From assembly GCA_963665845.2 (NCBI GenBank), contig OY762492.1, positions 1,568,001-1,632,000 of the forward strand: a stretch of 64,000 nucleotides of DNA, read 5' to 3'. This DNA comes from Candidatus Poribacteria bacterium (lineage in GTDB: Bacteria; Poribacteria; WGA-4E; GCA-2687025). Every line of letters begins with the position of its first letter. Position 1 is the first letter of the stretch. Shown here in pieces: positions 17,354 to 25,890 of the stretch. The position numbers and the translations under genes are program-made. The notes beneath the pieces were generated by a model. The model made no database searches. It was not told the origin of the DNA and saw only the letters and a list, made by a program, of their open reading frames with translations.

Positions 17354-18820
17354 CTACTCTGCTTCCATGGGCAGTTCAGGCGGCTCCCCGTCAAGTATGT
17401 CTTCTAGGGCGCCGCGCATCGTTTCGTAGGTGTGGAACGGGTCTAGCATCTTCACCAGCTGCCCTGTTTCTAGGTAGATCGTGTCCCAGTCGACCGCGCT
17501 CATGATCGGGCGCTCCGAGAGCATGCGCATGATGAGCGCGCGTCCGTAGGCGCGGGTGTCGCGCGGGGGGTCGTACATCGCGTCCTCCACCTCGCGGTCG
17601 CTCACCAGCTCCCGCATCAAACCCTCCTCCACCAGATCGGCGTAAAGGCTCCGGTCAGGGTCAATCTTATGGTATTCCAGGTCAACGCTTTGAAGCCATG
17701 GGTCGTCCCAAGAGAGACGCTCCTCCTCCACAAATGTCTCCAGAAGCCACTTCTTCGCCGCCCAGTCGATCCGATCTTTCAGCAGTTCAGGGTCCTGCGA
17801 CAGCCCCTCCAGCGCGCTGCGCCATTCTCGAAGGATTGCATCCATCTCGACCGACTCCCCCAGAAGGTAACGCTCCGCTATATCCAGATAGGTTTCTTGA
17901 ATCTCCATCGCGCTGGTGTATCCGCCGTGCGCGAGCGCAATCGGCCAAGGTCCTTTCACCGCGCGCGATACAATGCGCAGCGACCGTATCGGATTCGCAA
18001 TCTCGATCTCCGGAAAAGGAACGCCCGCTTCAATCAGCTGCAGAACCGCCGCCGTCGATCCGATTTTCAGCATATGCGCGTATTCCGACATGTTCGTGTC
18101 GCCCAGCAGCAGATGCAGACGCCGAAAGCGGTTCGAATCTGCCAGCGGTTCGTCGCGCGTGTTGATGATGGCGCGGCTGAACTGAACCCACTGGTACTGC
18201 TCCGTTACGATATGGTCGCTGCGCTGCGAGATCTGATACGGCGAGTCGGGGTCGATGCGCGTCGCGCGCCGATGCCGCCGCGGCGAGTCGGCTTCCCACA
18301 TATCCTCTTCATGGTACCCGATGCGTCCGGCGCCGGCGTAAATCTGCCGTGTGATCAGAAACGGTATCAGCGCTGGAATGACGCGCTGATAAAAATCGAC
18401 ATCTCGGCTCATGAGGTAGTTTTCATGGTATCCGAAGGTGGCGCCGGTTACATGGTCGATGTTGTTGCGCACAAAGGATGCTTGATCCCGCAGACCCAGC
18501 CCGTCCAGCGCGTCCACAATCAGATTGTCCATCGCCCGCTCATACACGATCAGGTCGCGCACCGAGCGGCACTCCGGCGTGGCATACTCGATATGCCCCA
18601 TGTCGATATAGAGCCGTCCGCCGTTGAACATGAAGCCGCCGTTGCCGGGCGGTTCGCCCCAGTCGCGGTAATGCTCGTCCAGCATTCCGACATCCATTTC
18701 GCGGAACATGTAATCTTTCACGCGGAGCGCGAGGGCTTCAGGCGTGATCTCCATCGCCAGATCGTCGTCCTCAATGAGGCAGCCGTATTCGATCTCTGTG
18801 CCGAAGAGACGCGGGTTCAT
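17354..18820 (-). CDS. pafA: PafA-like Pup/UBact-protein ligase
   Basis: FGTEIEYG, NGGRLYIDMGHIEYATPEC, GYHENYL, SQRSDH, INTRDEPLAD, RRLHLLLGD, DLEYH. Confidence 0.88.
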   Translation of the reverse strand: MNPRLFGTEIEYGCLIEDDDLAMEITPEALALRVKDYMFREMDVGMLDEHYRDWGEPPGNGGFMFNGGRLYIDMGHIEYATPECRSVRDLIVYERAMDNLIVDALDGLGLRDQASFVRNNIDHVTGATFGYHENYLMSRDVDFYQRVIPALIPFLITRQIYAGAGRIGYHEEDMWEADSPRRHRRATRIDPDSPYQISQRSDHIVTEQYQWVQFSRAIINTRDEPLADSNRFRRLHLLLGDTNMSEYAHMLKIGSTAAVLQLIEAGVPFPEIEIANPIRSLRIVSRAVKGPWPIALAHGGYTSAMEIQETYLDIAERYLLGESVEMDAILREWRSALEGLSQDPELLKDRIDWAAKKWLLETFVEEERLSWDDPWLQSVDLEYHKIDPDRSLYADLVEEGLMRELVSDREVEDAMYDPPRDTRAYGRALIMRMLSERPIMSAVDWDTIYLETGQLVKMLDPFHTYETMRGALEDILDGEPPELPMEAE

Positions 18821-19632
18821 CTGTCTTTCCCGCTCTCTTTTGGACGCAGCTCGTCCGCCGCTTCGACAACGACGCGCAGCTCCTCTTTCGTCAGCCGGCG
18901 GTATTTCGCCTTGCCGCTCAAGGTATGGTCTAGGACGGCCGCTTCGGGCAGAAGCCGTTCCGCCGCTTTTTCGAGAGCCGCGCCGACCGCTTCATCCGAC
19001 GGCGGGGGCGGCTCCTCGTCGAGATCGTCGTCCGCCCCATGGAGAGCCGCGCTGAAAGAGGCTCCCCATGCGTAGACGGCGCAGCGCAGCGACTCTTCAA
19101 GAGACGGCGAGTCGGACAGACCCGTCTCCATCGCATGCAGGGCGGTTGTTTCCGCGTCATGCGTTCCGGCGGCGGCTCCGAACCGGTCATGCGCGCTGAA
19201 GTTGCCGTCAAAGCTGACCGTGAAAAACTGCGTCTGCTCCGCTTTCGGCGCCAGCTCCGCCATCAAGCATTTGGCGATGAACGGGGAGCGGTAGATTTCA
19301 TCGAACGCCTGTTTGATCTGGGGCGCGATGGTGAAATGGAGCAGCCGCTGGAGCGTTACATCGTCCGCCGACCGGGCAAACCCCTCCACATGCGCCAAGT
19401 TAACGGCGATCATGCGCAGCCGCTCCACATCGGCGGGATGCCCCAGTCCGCCCATCGCCAGCCGGTCGTACACCTCATAGATTTTCTGCTGCCCGCGCGG
19501 ACACATTGTGAAAAGCAAAGCGCCGTTGTTGTACGGCAAGCCGACGACGGGGCTGCCGCTGCGCAGCCGCTTTTCAACATACTGAACGCGGTTTTCTAGA
19601 GCCTGAATCCATCGGCGCGGTTCGTCATACAT
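18817..19632 (-). CDS. prcA: 20S proteasome alpha subunit
   Basis: GSPVVG, KIYEVYDRLAMGGLG; position between prcB and pafA. Confidence 0.9.
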   Translation of the reverse strand: MYDEPRRWIQALENRVQYVEKRLRSGSPVVGLPYNNGALLFTMCPRGQQKIYEVYDRLAMGGLGHPADVERLRMIAVNLAHVEGFARSADDVTLQRLLHFTIAPQIKQAFDEIYRSPFIAKCLMAELAPKAEQTQFFTVSFDGNFSAHDRFGAAAGTHDAETTALHAMETGLSDSPSLEESLRCAVYAWGASFSAALHGADDDLDEEPPPPSDEAVGAALEKAAERLLPEAAVLDHTLSGKAKYRRLTKEELRVVVEAADELRPKESGKDR

Positions 19633-20410
19633 TGGACGCCCCGATCTCTGTCAAGGTATCTTCCGAGAGCGTTTCGACGCCGTCTTCGGTCAAACATTTG
19701 ACGGTGGGCGTTCCGCCGCCGGTCGCGGAGTCGAAGTGCGCCGCGGCTTGAAGCATGCGCAGCGTCAGCTGTATTGCCGCCTGCCTGTCCAGGTCGGCGA
19801 TTCGCTGCCGCCATCGGTTTTCATAATACAAGGCGCCGCGTATCCATACCGACCCGGAGCCTGCCGCGGCGAAGTCGGTCATTTCAAACTGCGCGCCGAG
19901 CGCGTCGTAAAAGTAGAGCCGCGTTTCGCCGGCGAGGTCGTCGTACGCCGCAAAAATGGGCAGTACCCCGCCGATGCCCTGCAGCGCCATCCCCAGATTT
20001 TCTTTCATCAATTGCGACAGGGCGCGCAGTTTTCCTTCTAGGCTCATCTCTTGCAGCTGACTGCGCCTGTAGTATCTAAAGGAGTATTCTAGAACGCGCG
20101 CCATCTCATAGGCGGCGGCGGGGGAGCCTGAAATCGCCATCACCGAACGTTCGTCGATTTCAAGCACTTTGTCGGCGCGGTCGTACATAATGGCGGAGCC
20201 GGCGACGGCGCGCCGGTCGCCGGCGATGAGCGCGCCGCCGTTGTAACGCAGCGCCAGCACGGTGGTGCCTTCGGTATGTTGAAGCGCGTCGTCGGCGCCG
20301 GCGGCGTTGAGCGCGGGCATCGGCGAGATTCCCTGCGCGCGCAGTAGCGACAGAAAATCGCCGCGGAAGCCCGCGCCGTAGAGCGCCTGTCGGCTGGAGG
20401 TGTCGTCCAC
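19625..20410 (-). CDS. prcB: 20S proteasome beta subunit
   Basis: propeptide then G-TTVLALRY, AGDRRA, AAGSGS, DSATGG. Confidence 0.9.
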   Translation of the reverse strand: MDDTSSRQALYGAGFRGDFLSLLRAQGISPMPALNAAGADDALQHTEGTTVLALRYNGGALIAGDRRAVAGSAIMYDRADKVLEIDERSVMAISGSPAAAYEMARVLEYSFRYYRRSQLQEMSLEGKLRALSQLMKENLGMALQGIGGVLPIFAAYDDLAGETRLYFYDALGAQFEMTDFAAAGSGSVWIRGALYYENRWRQRIADLDRQAAIQLTLRMLQAAAHFDSATGGGTPTVKCLTEDGVETLSEDTLTEIGASNV

Positions 20411-20421
20411 TCTTGCGGCTC

Positions 20422-20616
20422 CTATTCGCCGGTCCGCTGTCGATACCGGCGCGCCTGGTCTTTGTCGACCTGGCGCATTCGGCGCAGCAGCCGTTTTCGG
20501 CTTGGTTCTTCTATGTCGGGGCGCGTCGGGCCGGCGTCGTCTCCGCCGCCTTCTTTGCGCCAGGGTTCTTTTGTTCGCTGGGGGCGTTCTTTGCGCGTCG
20601 CGTCTTCCATTTTCAT
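20422..20616 (-). CDS. ubact: UBact ubiquitin-like protein modifier
   Basis: 64 aa charged low-complexity protein ending LLRRMRQVD...YRQRTGE directly upstream of prcB. Confidence 0.88.
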   Translation of the reverse strand: MKMEDATRKERPQRTKEPWRKEGGGDDAGPTRPDIEEPSRKRLLRRMRQVDKDQARRYRQRTGE

Positions 20617-20647
20617 TGCGGTCCGCCTTTCTTTGTCGTTTGGAATG

Positions 20648-20676
20648 AGATTACCAAACATGGAGCCGTTTGTCAA
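20648..20676 (-). promoter_or_regulatory. sigma70 promoter of UBact operon
   Basis: TTGACA-17 nt-TAATCT with TG extension. Confidence 0.6.
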
Positions 20677-20748
20677 ACGCATCTTTGACCGGCAGTACGC
20701 TCATGCGGCGATCGCGGTTGGGAGTACCGCCCAGCCCTAGCGCAACCT

Positions 20749-21180
20749 TCACCCGCCGCTGGATCGGCTCGCCAGATAGCCGCGCAGGATGAGCGCCGCC
20801 GCCGCGCTGTCTAGGGCGCCTTTTTCCCGCTGCCGGCGACGCTTTTTCGGCGAGACGCCCTGAAACGCGCGCGACGCCTCCGCCGTCGTCAACCGCTCAT
20901 CCCAGGTCTCCACGCGGCAGGGGACCCGCTTCTCCAATGCCCGCGCAAACGCCAGAACCTTCCGCGCTTGCTGTCCGATCTCGTTCCGCAGCGTTTTCGG
21001 CAAGCCGACCACGACCGCTTCCGCCCCGCGCGCCTCCGCCAACGCGCAGACCGCCGACAAATCCGCCTCCAAACTGGTTCGCGCAATTGCGTCCAGCGGC
21101 AGCGCGGCGATCCCAAGCGGGTCTGAACAGGCGACCCCGATCCGCTTCTCTCCGACATCCAGCGCGAGCGTCACGCTCAT
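20749..21180 (-). CDS. ruvX: YqgF/RuvX pre-16S rRNA nuclease
   Basis: LALDVGEKRIGVA, VVGLP, WDERLTT, DSAAAALIL. Confidence 0.93.
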   Translation of the reverse strand: MSVTLALDVGEKRIGVACSDPLGIAALPLDAIARTSLEADLSAVCALAEARGAEAVVVGLPKTLRNEIGQQARKVLAFARALEKRVPCRVETWDERLTTAEASRAFQGVSPKKRRRQREKGALDSAAAALILRGYLASRSSGG

Positions 21181-21276
21181 TGCATTCTCCTTGCATTCTC
21201 CCTGCATTTTCCTATGATTGTTGAATTGCGCCGTCTAGCATATCGTTAAGGAAACGGCGCAACATGAAAGCGAGCG

Positions 21277-22314
21277 ATGATGATCGTTGAAACGCAAGCG
21301 TATGCGCGGGTCGGTCTCATGGGCAACCCGTCCGACATTTTTTTTGGAAAAACCATCGCGGCGGCGATCCAAAATTTTCAGGCGAATGTGCGCCTCTGGG
21401 AAAGCCCCGGCATTGAACTCCGCCGCCATCCGATACACGACTCCACCCAGTTTGAAAGCATCGCGCAGCTCGAAGAGCGGGCGCGCATCGAAGGCTACTA
21501 CGGGGGCATGCGCCTCGTCTTCGCCACATGCAAAAAGTTCCGCGAATTCTGCGACAAGCGCGGCGTCTCTCTTCATGCCCGTAACTTTACCATCGAATAC
21601 GACACAAACATTCCGCGCCAGGTCGGCCTCGGCGGCTCCAGCGCCATCATCACCGCCGTCATCCGCGCGCTCATGCAGTTTTACGAAATACGCGCCGGCG
21701 ACCATTTCCCCAAACCGGAACTCCCAAACCTAACCTTGAGCGTCGAAACGGAGGAGCTGGACATCACCGCGGGGCTGCAAGACCGCGTCGTTCAGGCATA
21801 CGGCGGAACCGTCTTTATGGACTTTGACGAAAAGCTGATGCTGGAGTACGGCTACGGCGACTATTCGCGCCTTGACGGACGGACGCTCCCGCCGTTGTTT
21901 TTGGCATACCGCAGCGCGAGCGGCGAATCGGGCAAGGTGCATAACAACGTGCGCTTTCGATACGAGGCGGGCGACCAGGAGGTGATCGACGCAATGAAGC
22001 GTTTTGCGCAGTTTGCGGTGGAGGCGCGCCATGCGCTCGCGGAGGGGGATATGGACGCCCTCGGCGCGCTGATGAACCAAAACTTCGACCTGCGGCGGAA
22101 GATTTTTGGCGACAAGGCGATGGACCCGCGCGACATTGAGATGGTCGAACTGGCGCGCGCGCTCGGCTGCCCCGCCAAGTTCAGCGGCTCCAGAGCGGCG
22201 GTCGTCGGCTTTTGCCAAGACGAACTGATCATGCGGCGGCTCGCGCGGGCGTATGAAGAAAAAGGGTTCTCCTTCGAACCGATACGGGTTGAAATGCGGA
22301 ATGCGGGCGAGTAA
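21277..22314 (+). CDS. GHMP kinase, glucuronokinase-like
   Basis: ARVGLMGNPSD, DTNIPRQVGLGGSSA, GLQDRVVQAYGG, SGKVH, NFDLRR. Confidence 0.85.
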   Translation: MMIVETQAYARVGLMGNPSDIFFGKTIAAAIQNFQANVRLWESPGIELRRHPIHDSTQFESIAQLEERARIEGYYGGMRLVFATCKKFREFCDKRGVSLHARNFTIEYDTNIPRQVGLGGSSAIITAVIRALMQFYEIRAGDHFPKPELPNLTLSVETEELDITAGLQDRVVQAYGGTVFMDFDEKLMLEYGYGDYSRLDGRTLPPLFLAYRSASGESGKVHNNVRFRYEAGDQEVIDAMKRFAQFAVEARHALAEGDMDALGALMNQNFDLRRKIFGDKAMDPRDIEMVELARALGCPAKFSGSRAAVVGFCQDELIMRRLARAYEEKGFSFEPIRVEMRNAGE

Positions 22315-23686
22315 GGCGCGGCTTGCCGTCTGGGGGTGCGCGTCGGCGGCGCTGTGCGTTCTGCTCGCGCGGTTGACACAGGCGCGCGGCGCCGAGCTGG
22401 TTCTCGCGCTTGGCGTCGGCGCATGCATACTTTTTTTTGCGGGAGCGGCGCCGGAGCTGTCGCTGTATGTTCTGCTGGCGGCGCTGCCGTACTCGTTTCG
22501 GTTCATCTTCGCGCGGCAGACGGAGCTGCAGGTCCCGTCGGAACCGATCGCCGCGGCGCTCCTCGGCGCGTATCTGTTCGACAGACTCGTTCTGCATGCG
22601 CAGGGGGGGAAGGCGGAGCCGCACCCGCTCCGATGGCCGCTCATCGCGTATGCGTTGACGCTGGCGCTGGCGGCGTCGCAGTCGGACCGGCTGCTGGTGT
22701 CGGCAAAGAACGCGGCGCGGTCGACCGCGTATATCGGTCTCGCGTTTTCGTTTTACGCGCTGCTGCGCCGCCCCGCCGTTTTTCGGGGAGCCGTTGCCGC
22801 CTTGACCGCAGGAGGCGCCGTTGCCGCGGGCGTCATGACCGTACTTCTCGCGTCCAGATTCGAGTCGCTGGCGTATTCGTCCGCTTATCGAGGCGCGCTC
22901 TTCACCGACTACACAGGCTACGGCGCCTATCTAACCATCTTTCTGCTGCCGTTGATTTCGTTCGCCCTGTTTGACGCGGACTCTGGAAGCCGCCGCCCTT
23001 GGAGGTGGGGGCTGCTGGGGCTGTTCAGCTTTTCGATGCTGTTTTGCTGGTCGAGGGGGGCGTGGACGTCGCTTTTGGCGGGCGTTCTTTTGTTGATGTT
23101 TCAAAAAAGCGGCATGTCAAATCGGCGCAAATGGCTCATCGCATGCGTCGGGTTGAGCCTCGCCGCTGCCGCCGCGCTGATTCCCGCCGCGCGAGAGGCG
23201 GTCCTCGGGCGCGTCTTGTCGATCTTCGACCCATCGTACGCTTCGAACCGCGCGCGCCTGCTTCGGTGGGGCTACGCGCTGGAGATGTTCTGGAGCCAGC
23301 CTGTTTTGGGCTACGGTCCAGGCTCCTTCGCTCAAAGTTATGTGAACGAAGCGTTTTTGGGTTACGCCGGGCAGTTCAACCTCGGCGCGCACAACATCTA
23401 TCTGCAGACGCTGGCGGAGACGGGGCTTGTTGGATTTGCGGCGCTGGCGTGGCTTGGCGCGTCGTTTTACCGGTACGCGTTTCGTTTGGCGAATCGACTG
23501 GAGGACGCTTACTGGCGGGCATGGGTACTCGGTTTGACCGCGGTACAGACTTCCTTCTGGGTTAGTTTCTTGGTCGGCGCGCCGTTGAGCCGGGACATTG
23601 TGAGCGTTCCGTTTTGGGGAATCTTTGGCGCTCTCCCCGCCATCGAAGCGCTGGCGAACGGCGCCGAAAGCCCGCCCTCTCCATAG
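22301..23686 (+). CDS. O-antigen ligase (Wzy_C) family membrane protein
   Basis: SRGAW, SNRAR, PVLGYGPGSF, AHNIYLQTLAETGLVG. Confidence 0.85.
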   Translation: MRASKARLAVWGCASAALCVLLARLTQARGAELVLALGVGACILFFAGAAPELSLYVLLAALPYSFRFIFARQTELQVPSEPIAAALLGAYLFDRLVLHAQGGKAEPHPLRWPLIAYALTLALAASQSDRLLVSAKNAARSTAYIGLAFSFYALLRRPAVFRGAVAALTAGGAVAAGVMTVLLASRFESLAYSSAYRGALFTDYTGYGAYLTIFLLPLISFALFDADSGSRRPWRWGLLGLFSFSMLFCWSRGAWTSLLAGVLLLMFQKSGMSNRRKWLIACVGLSLAAAAALIPAAREAVLGRVLSIFDPSYASNRARLLRWGYALEMFWSQPVLGYGPGSFAQSYVNEAFLGYAGQFNLGAHNIYLQTLAETGLVGFAALAWLGASFYRYAFRLANRLEDAYWRAWVLGLTAVQTSFWVSFLVGAPLSRDIVSVPFWGIFGALPAIEALANGAESPPSP

Positions 23687-23696
23687 AGACGGCCCC

Positions 23697-23980
23697 TCTA
23701 GATTCCCCTTGAAAAGGGGGGTTTAAAGCGCCGACGCGCCGACTGCGAAACCTTAAGATTCCCCCTTGAAAAGGGGGGCTAGGGGGGGTTTAAAGCGCCG
23801 ACGCGCCGACTGCGAAACCTTAAGATTCCCCCTTGAAAAGGGGGGCTAGGGGGGTTTAAAGCGCCGACGCGCCGACTGCGAAACCTTAAGATTCCCGCTT
23901 GCGCGGGAATGACGGAATGGCCGCGCGGGAATGACGGAATGGCCGCACGGGAATGACCCCCGTTTTCACGGGGGCAGGCT
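23697..23980. repeat. tandem ~67-bp REP+linker units followed by dRS3-like palindrome and half repeats
   Basis: three copies of TTTAAAGCGCCGACGCGCCGACTGCGAAACCTTAAGATTCCC alternating with CCCTTGAAAAGGGGGG. Confidence 0.85.
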
Positions 23981-24070
23981 ATGAGAAACGCGGAATGAGA
24001 GCAACTTGGAATGAGCCGCGGTCTCGGCTATCATATAGGCGTTCAGCGACGCGAACCGAAAGGGGTCTGA

Positions 24071-24679
24071 ATGTCTAAAAGCGCCGACGCCGACCATCCG
24101 ATCCATGCGCTCATTCGCCGGCGCTGGAGTCCGCGCTCCTTCTCCAGCCGAGAGATGACGCATGCGCAGCTGTTGAGCCTGCTGGAAGCGGCGCGGTGGG
24201 CGCCCTCCTCCTTCAACGCGCAGCCCTGGTCGTTCTTTGCGGCTCTGCGCGGGGATGAACCGCTCTTTTCGCGCCTGTTTGAATGCCTCATGCCCGGCAA
24301 CCAGCTCTGGGCAGGCAAGGCGGGCGCGCTGCTGCTCTCGGTCGCCGCAACCGTGAACGAAGAACGCGGCGCGAACCGGTATGCGTTCCATGACACAGGT
24401 CTCGCCTCCGCCAACCTGATTCTCCAAGCCGCATCAATGGACCTCTATGTCCATATGATGGGCGGATTCAACCGAGAAAAAGCGCGCGAGACGTTTCAAA
24501 TACCGGAAGGGCGCGAACCATGCGCCATGATCGCGGTCGGATACCTCGGCGAGGCGGACGCCCTGCCGGACGACCTGAAAGAGCGCGAGACGCAAACGCG
24601 CGAACGCATACCTGTAGATGAGTTTCTCTTCGGCGACAAATGGAGCGATCCGCCCAGCTTCTTAAAGAAGGGAAAATAA
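24071..24679 (+). CDS. nitroreductase family protein
   Basis: RRWSPRSF, EAARWAPSSFNAQPW, HMMGGF. Confidence 0.92.
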   Translation: MSKSADADHPIHALIRRRWSPRSFSSREMTHAQLLSLLEAARWAPSSFNAQPWSFFAALRGDEPLFSRLFECLMPGNQLWAGKAGALLLSVAATVNEERGANRYAFHDTGLASANLILQAASMDLYVHMMGGFNREKARETFQIPEGREPCAMIAVGYLGEADALPDDLKERETQTRERIPVDEFLFGDKWSDPPSFLKKGK

Positions 24680-25875
24680 TGCCCATGAAGCAGCGCGCCG
24701 TTTGGATTGCTGTCTGCGCCGCTTTTGCGTTGTCGGCGCCCGCGTGGAACGGGCATGCGCATGTGCGCGGCGAACATGGCATGGCGCCCGATCTCCCGCC
24801 CGGCATACCTGGTCTGGACCGCCCCTTCCCTAAAGACAATCAGAAATTCACCTTCGCTGTCATCGGCGATAAAACAGGCGGCGGGCTGGAAAACTGGCAT
24901 ATATTCGACCGCGCCATGCTGGAGGTGAACGAACTCCGTCCCGACTTTGCGATCATGGTCGGCGACCTCATCCAGGGCGGCACGGTCAGCGTCCCCCAAC
25001 TCGACAAAGAATGGAAAGAATTTTTAGAGCATGCCAGTCTCATTGAGGCGCCGTTCTTCTTTCTGCCCGGCAACCATGACATCAGCAACCAGATCATGTT
25101 CGACTACTGGGAAAAGAATGTCGGGCGCGCCTACTACTCCTTCAATTACAAGGGCTGCCATTTCATGGCGCTCAACACGGAGGAGGGTTGGCGTACCGGC
25201 GCGGTCATGTTCGGCGAGCCGCAGCTGAAATGGGCGGAGGAGAACATTGACAAAAACCGAAACGCGAAGCATATCTTTGTGTTCATGCACCGCCCCGCGT
25301 GGCGCCATTCAGGCGAAGCGCTGGCGCAGTGGGAGCGGATCGAAAAGCGGCTGAAGGGAACGCGCTACACCGTCTTTGTCGGACATTACCACCGCCTAAG
25401 CTATGAGCCGCGCCAAGAGCGCCCCTACTTTATTTTGGGTCCGACAGGCGCCGCCCTCCTGCCGAGCGAGGCGGAAGAATACGGCGCGATCCATCACTAC
25501 GCGCTGGTCACGGTGGACGGGAACGAGACGCGCGTCGCCGTCATCCGCCCGGGCAGCATTTTTCCGCATGACATCGCCACGCCAGAATTCCGCGCCTTGG
25601 CGGACAACGCGGTGCGCCTTGAACCGAGCAAGGAGATGAACGCGCTGAAGGTGTCGGTCAAAAACCCGTTTAAAAAAACGCTGCAGGCGCGCGTCTCCAT
25701 CGGCGCGGGAGAAGAAAAAGACGCCGAAGTCTCCTTCACGTTGGAACCGGACGAGAGCGGCGCCGGCGTCCTGCAATACCCGCGCCCGTCCAACCTGACG
25801 CTGTCCGTGCCGGTCACGGTGGAGGTTTTCTACGACGGGGATCTGCTCTACCAGCGCGTCGGCGAGATTCGATAG
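24679..25875 (+). CDS. secreted calcineurin-like metallophosphoesterase
   Basis: signal peptide; IGD, VGDLIQG, PGNHD, FMHRP, GHYH. Confidence 0.85.
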   Translation: MPMKQRAVWIAVCAAFALSAPAWNGHAHVRGEHGMAPDLPPGIPGLDRPFPKDNQKFTFAVIGDKTGGGLENWHIFDRAMLEVNELRPDFAIMVGDLIQGGTVSVPQLDKEWKEFLEHASLIEAPFFFLPGNHDISNQIMFDYWEKNVGRAYYSFNYKGCHFMALNTEEGWRTGAVMFGEPQLKWAEENIDKNRNAKHIFVFMHRPAWRHSGEALAQWERIEKRLKGTRYTVFVGHYHRLSYEPRQERPYFILGPTGAALLPSEAEEYGAIHHYALVTVDGNETRVAVIRPGSIFPHDIATPEFRALADNAVRLEPSKEMNALKVSVKNPFKKTLQARVSIGAGEEKDAEVSFTLEPDESGAGVLQYPRPSNLTLSVPVTVEVFYDGDLLYQRVGEIR

Positions 25876-25890
25876 GCTTAAAACGGAGCA

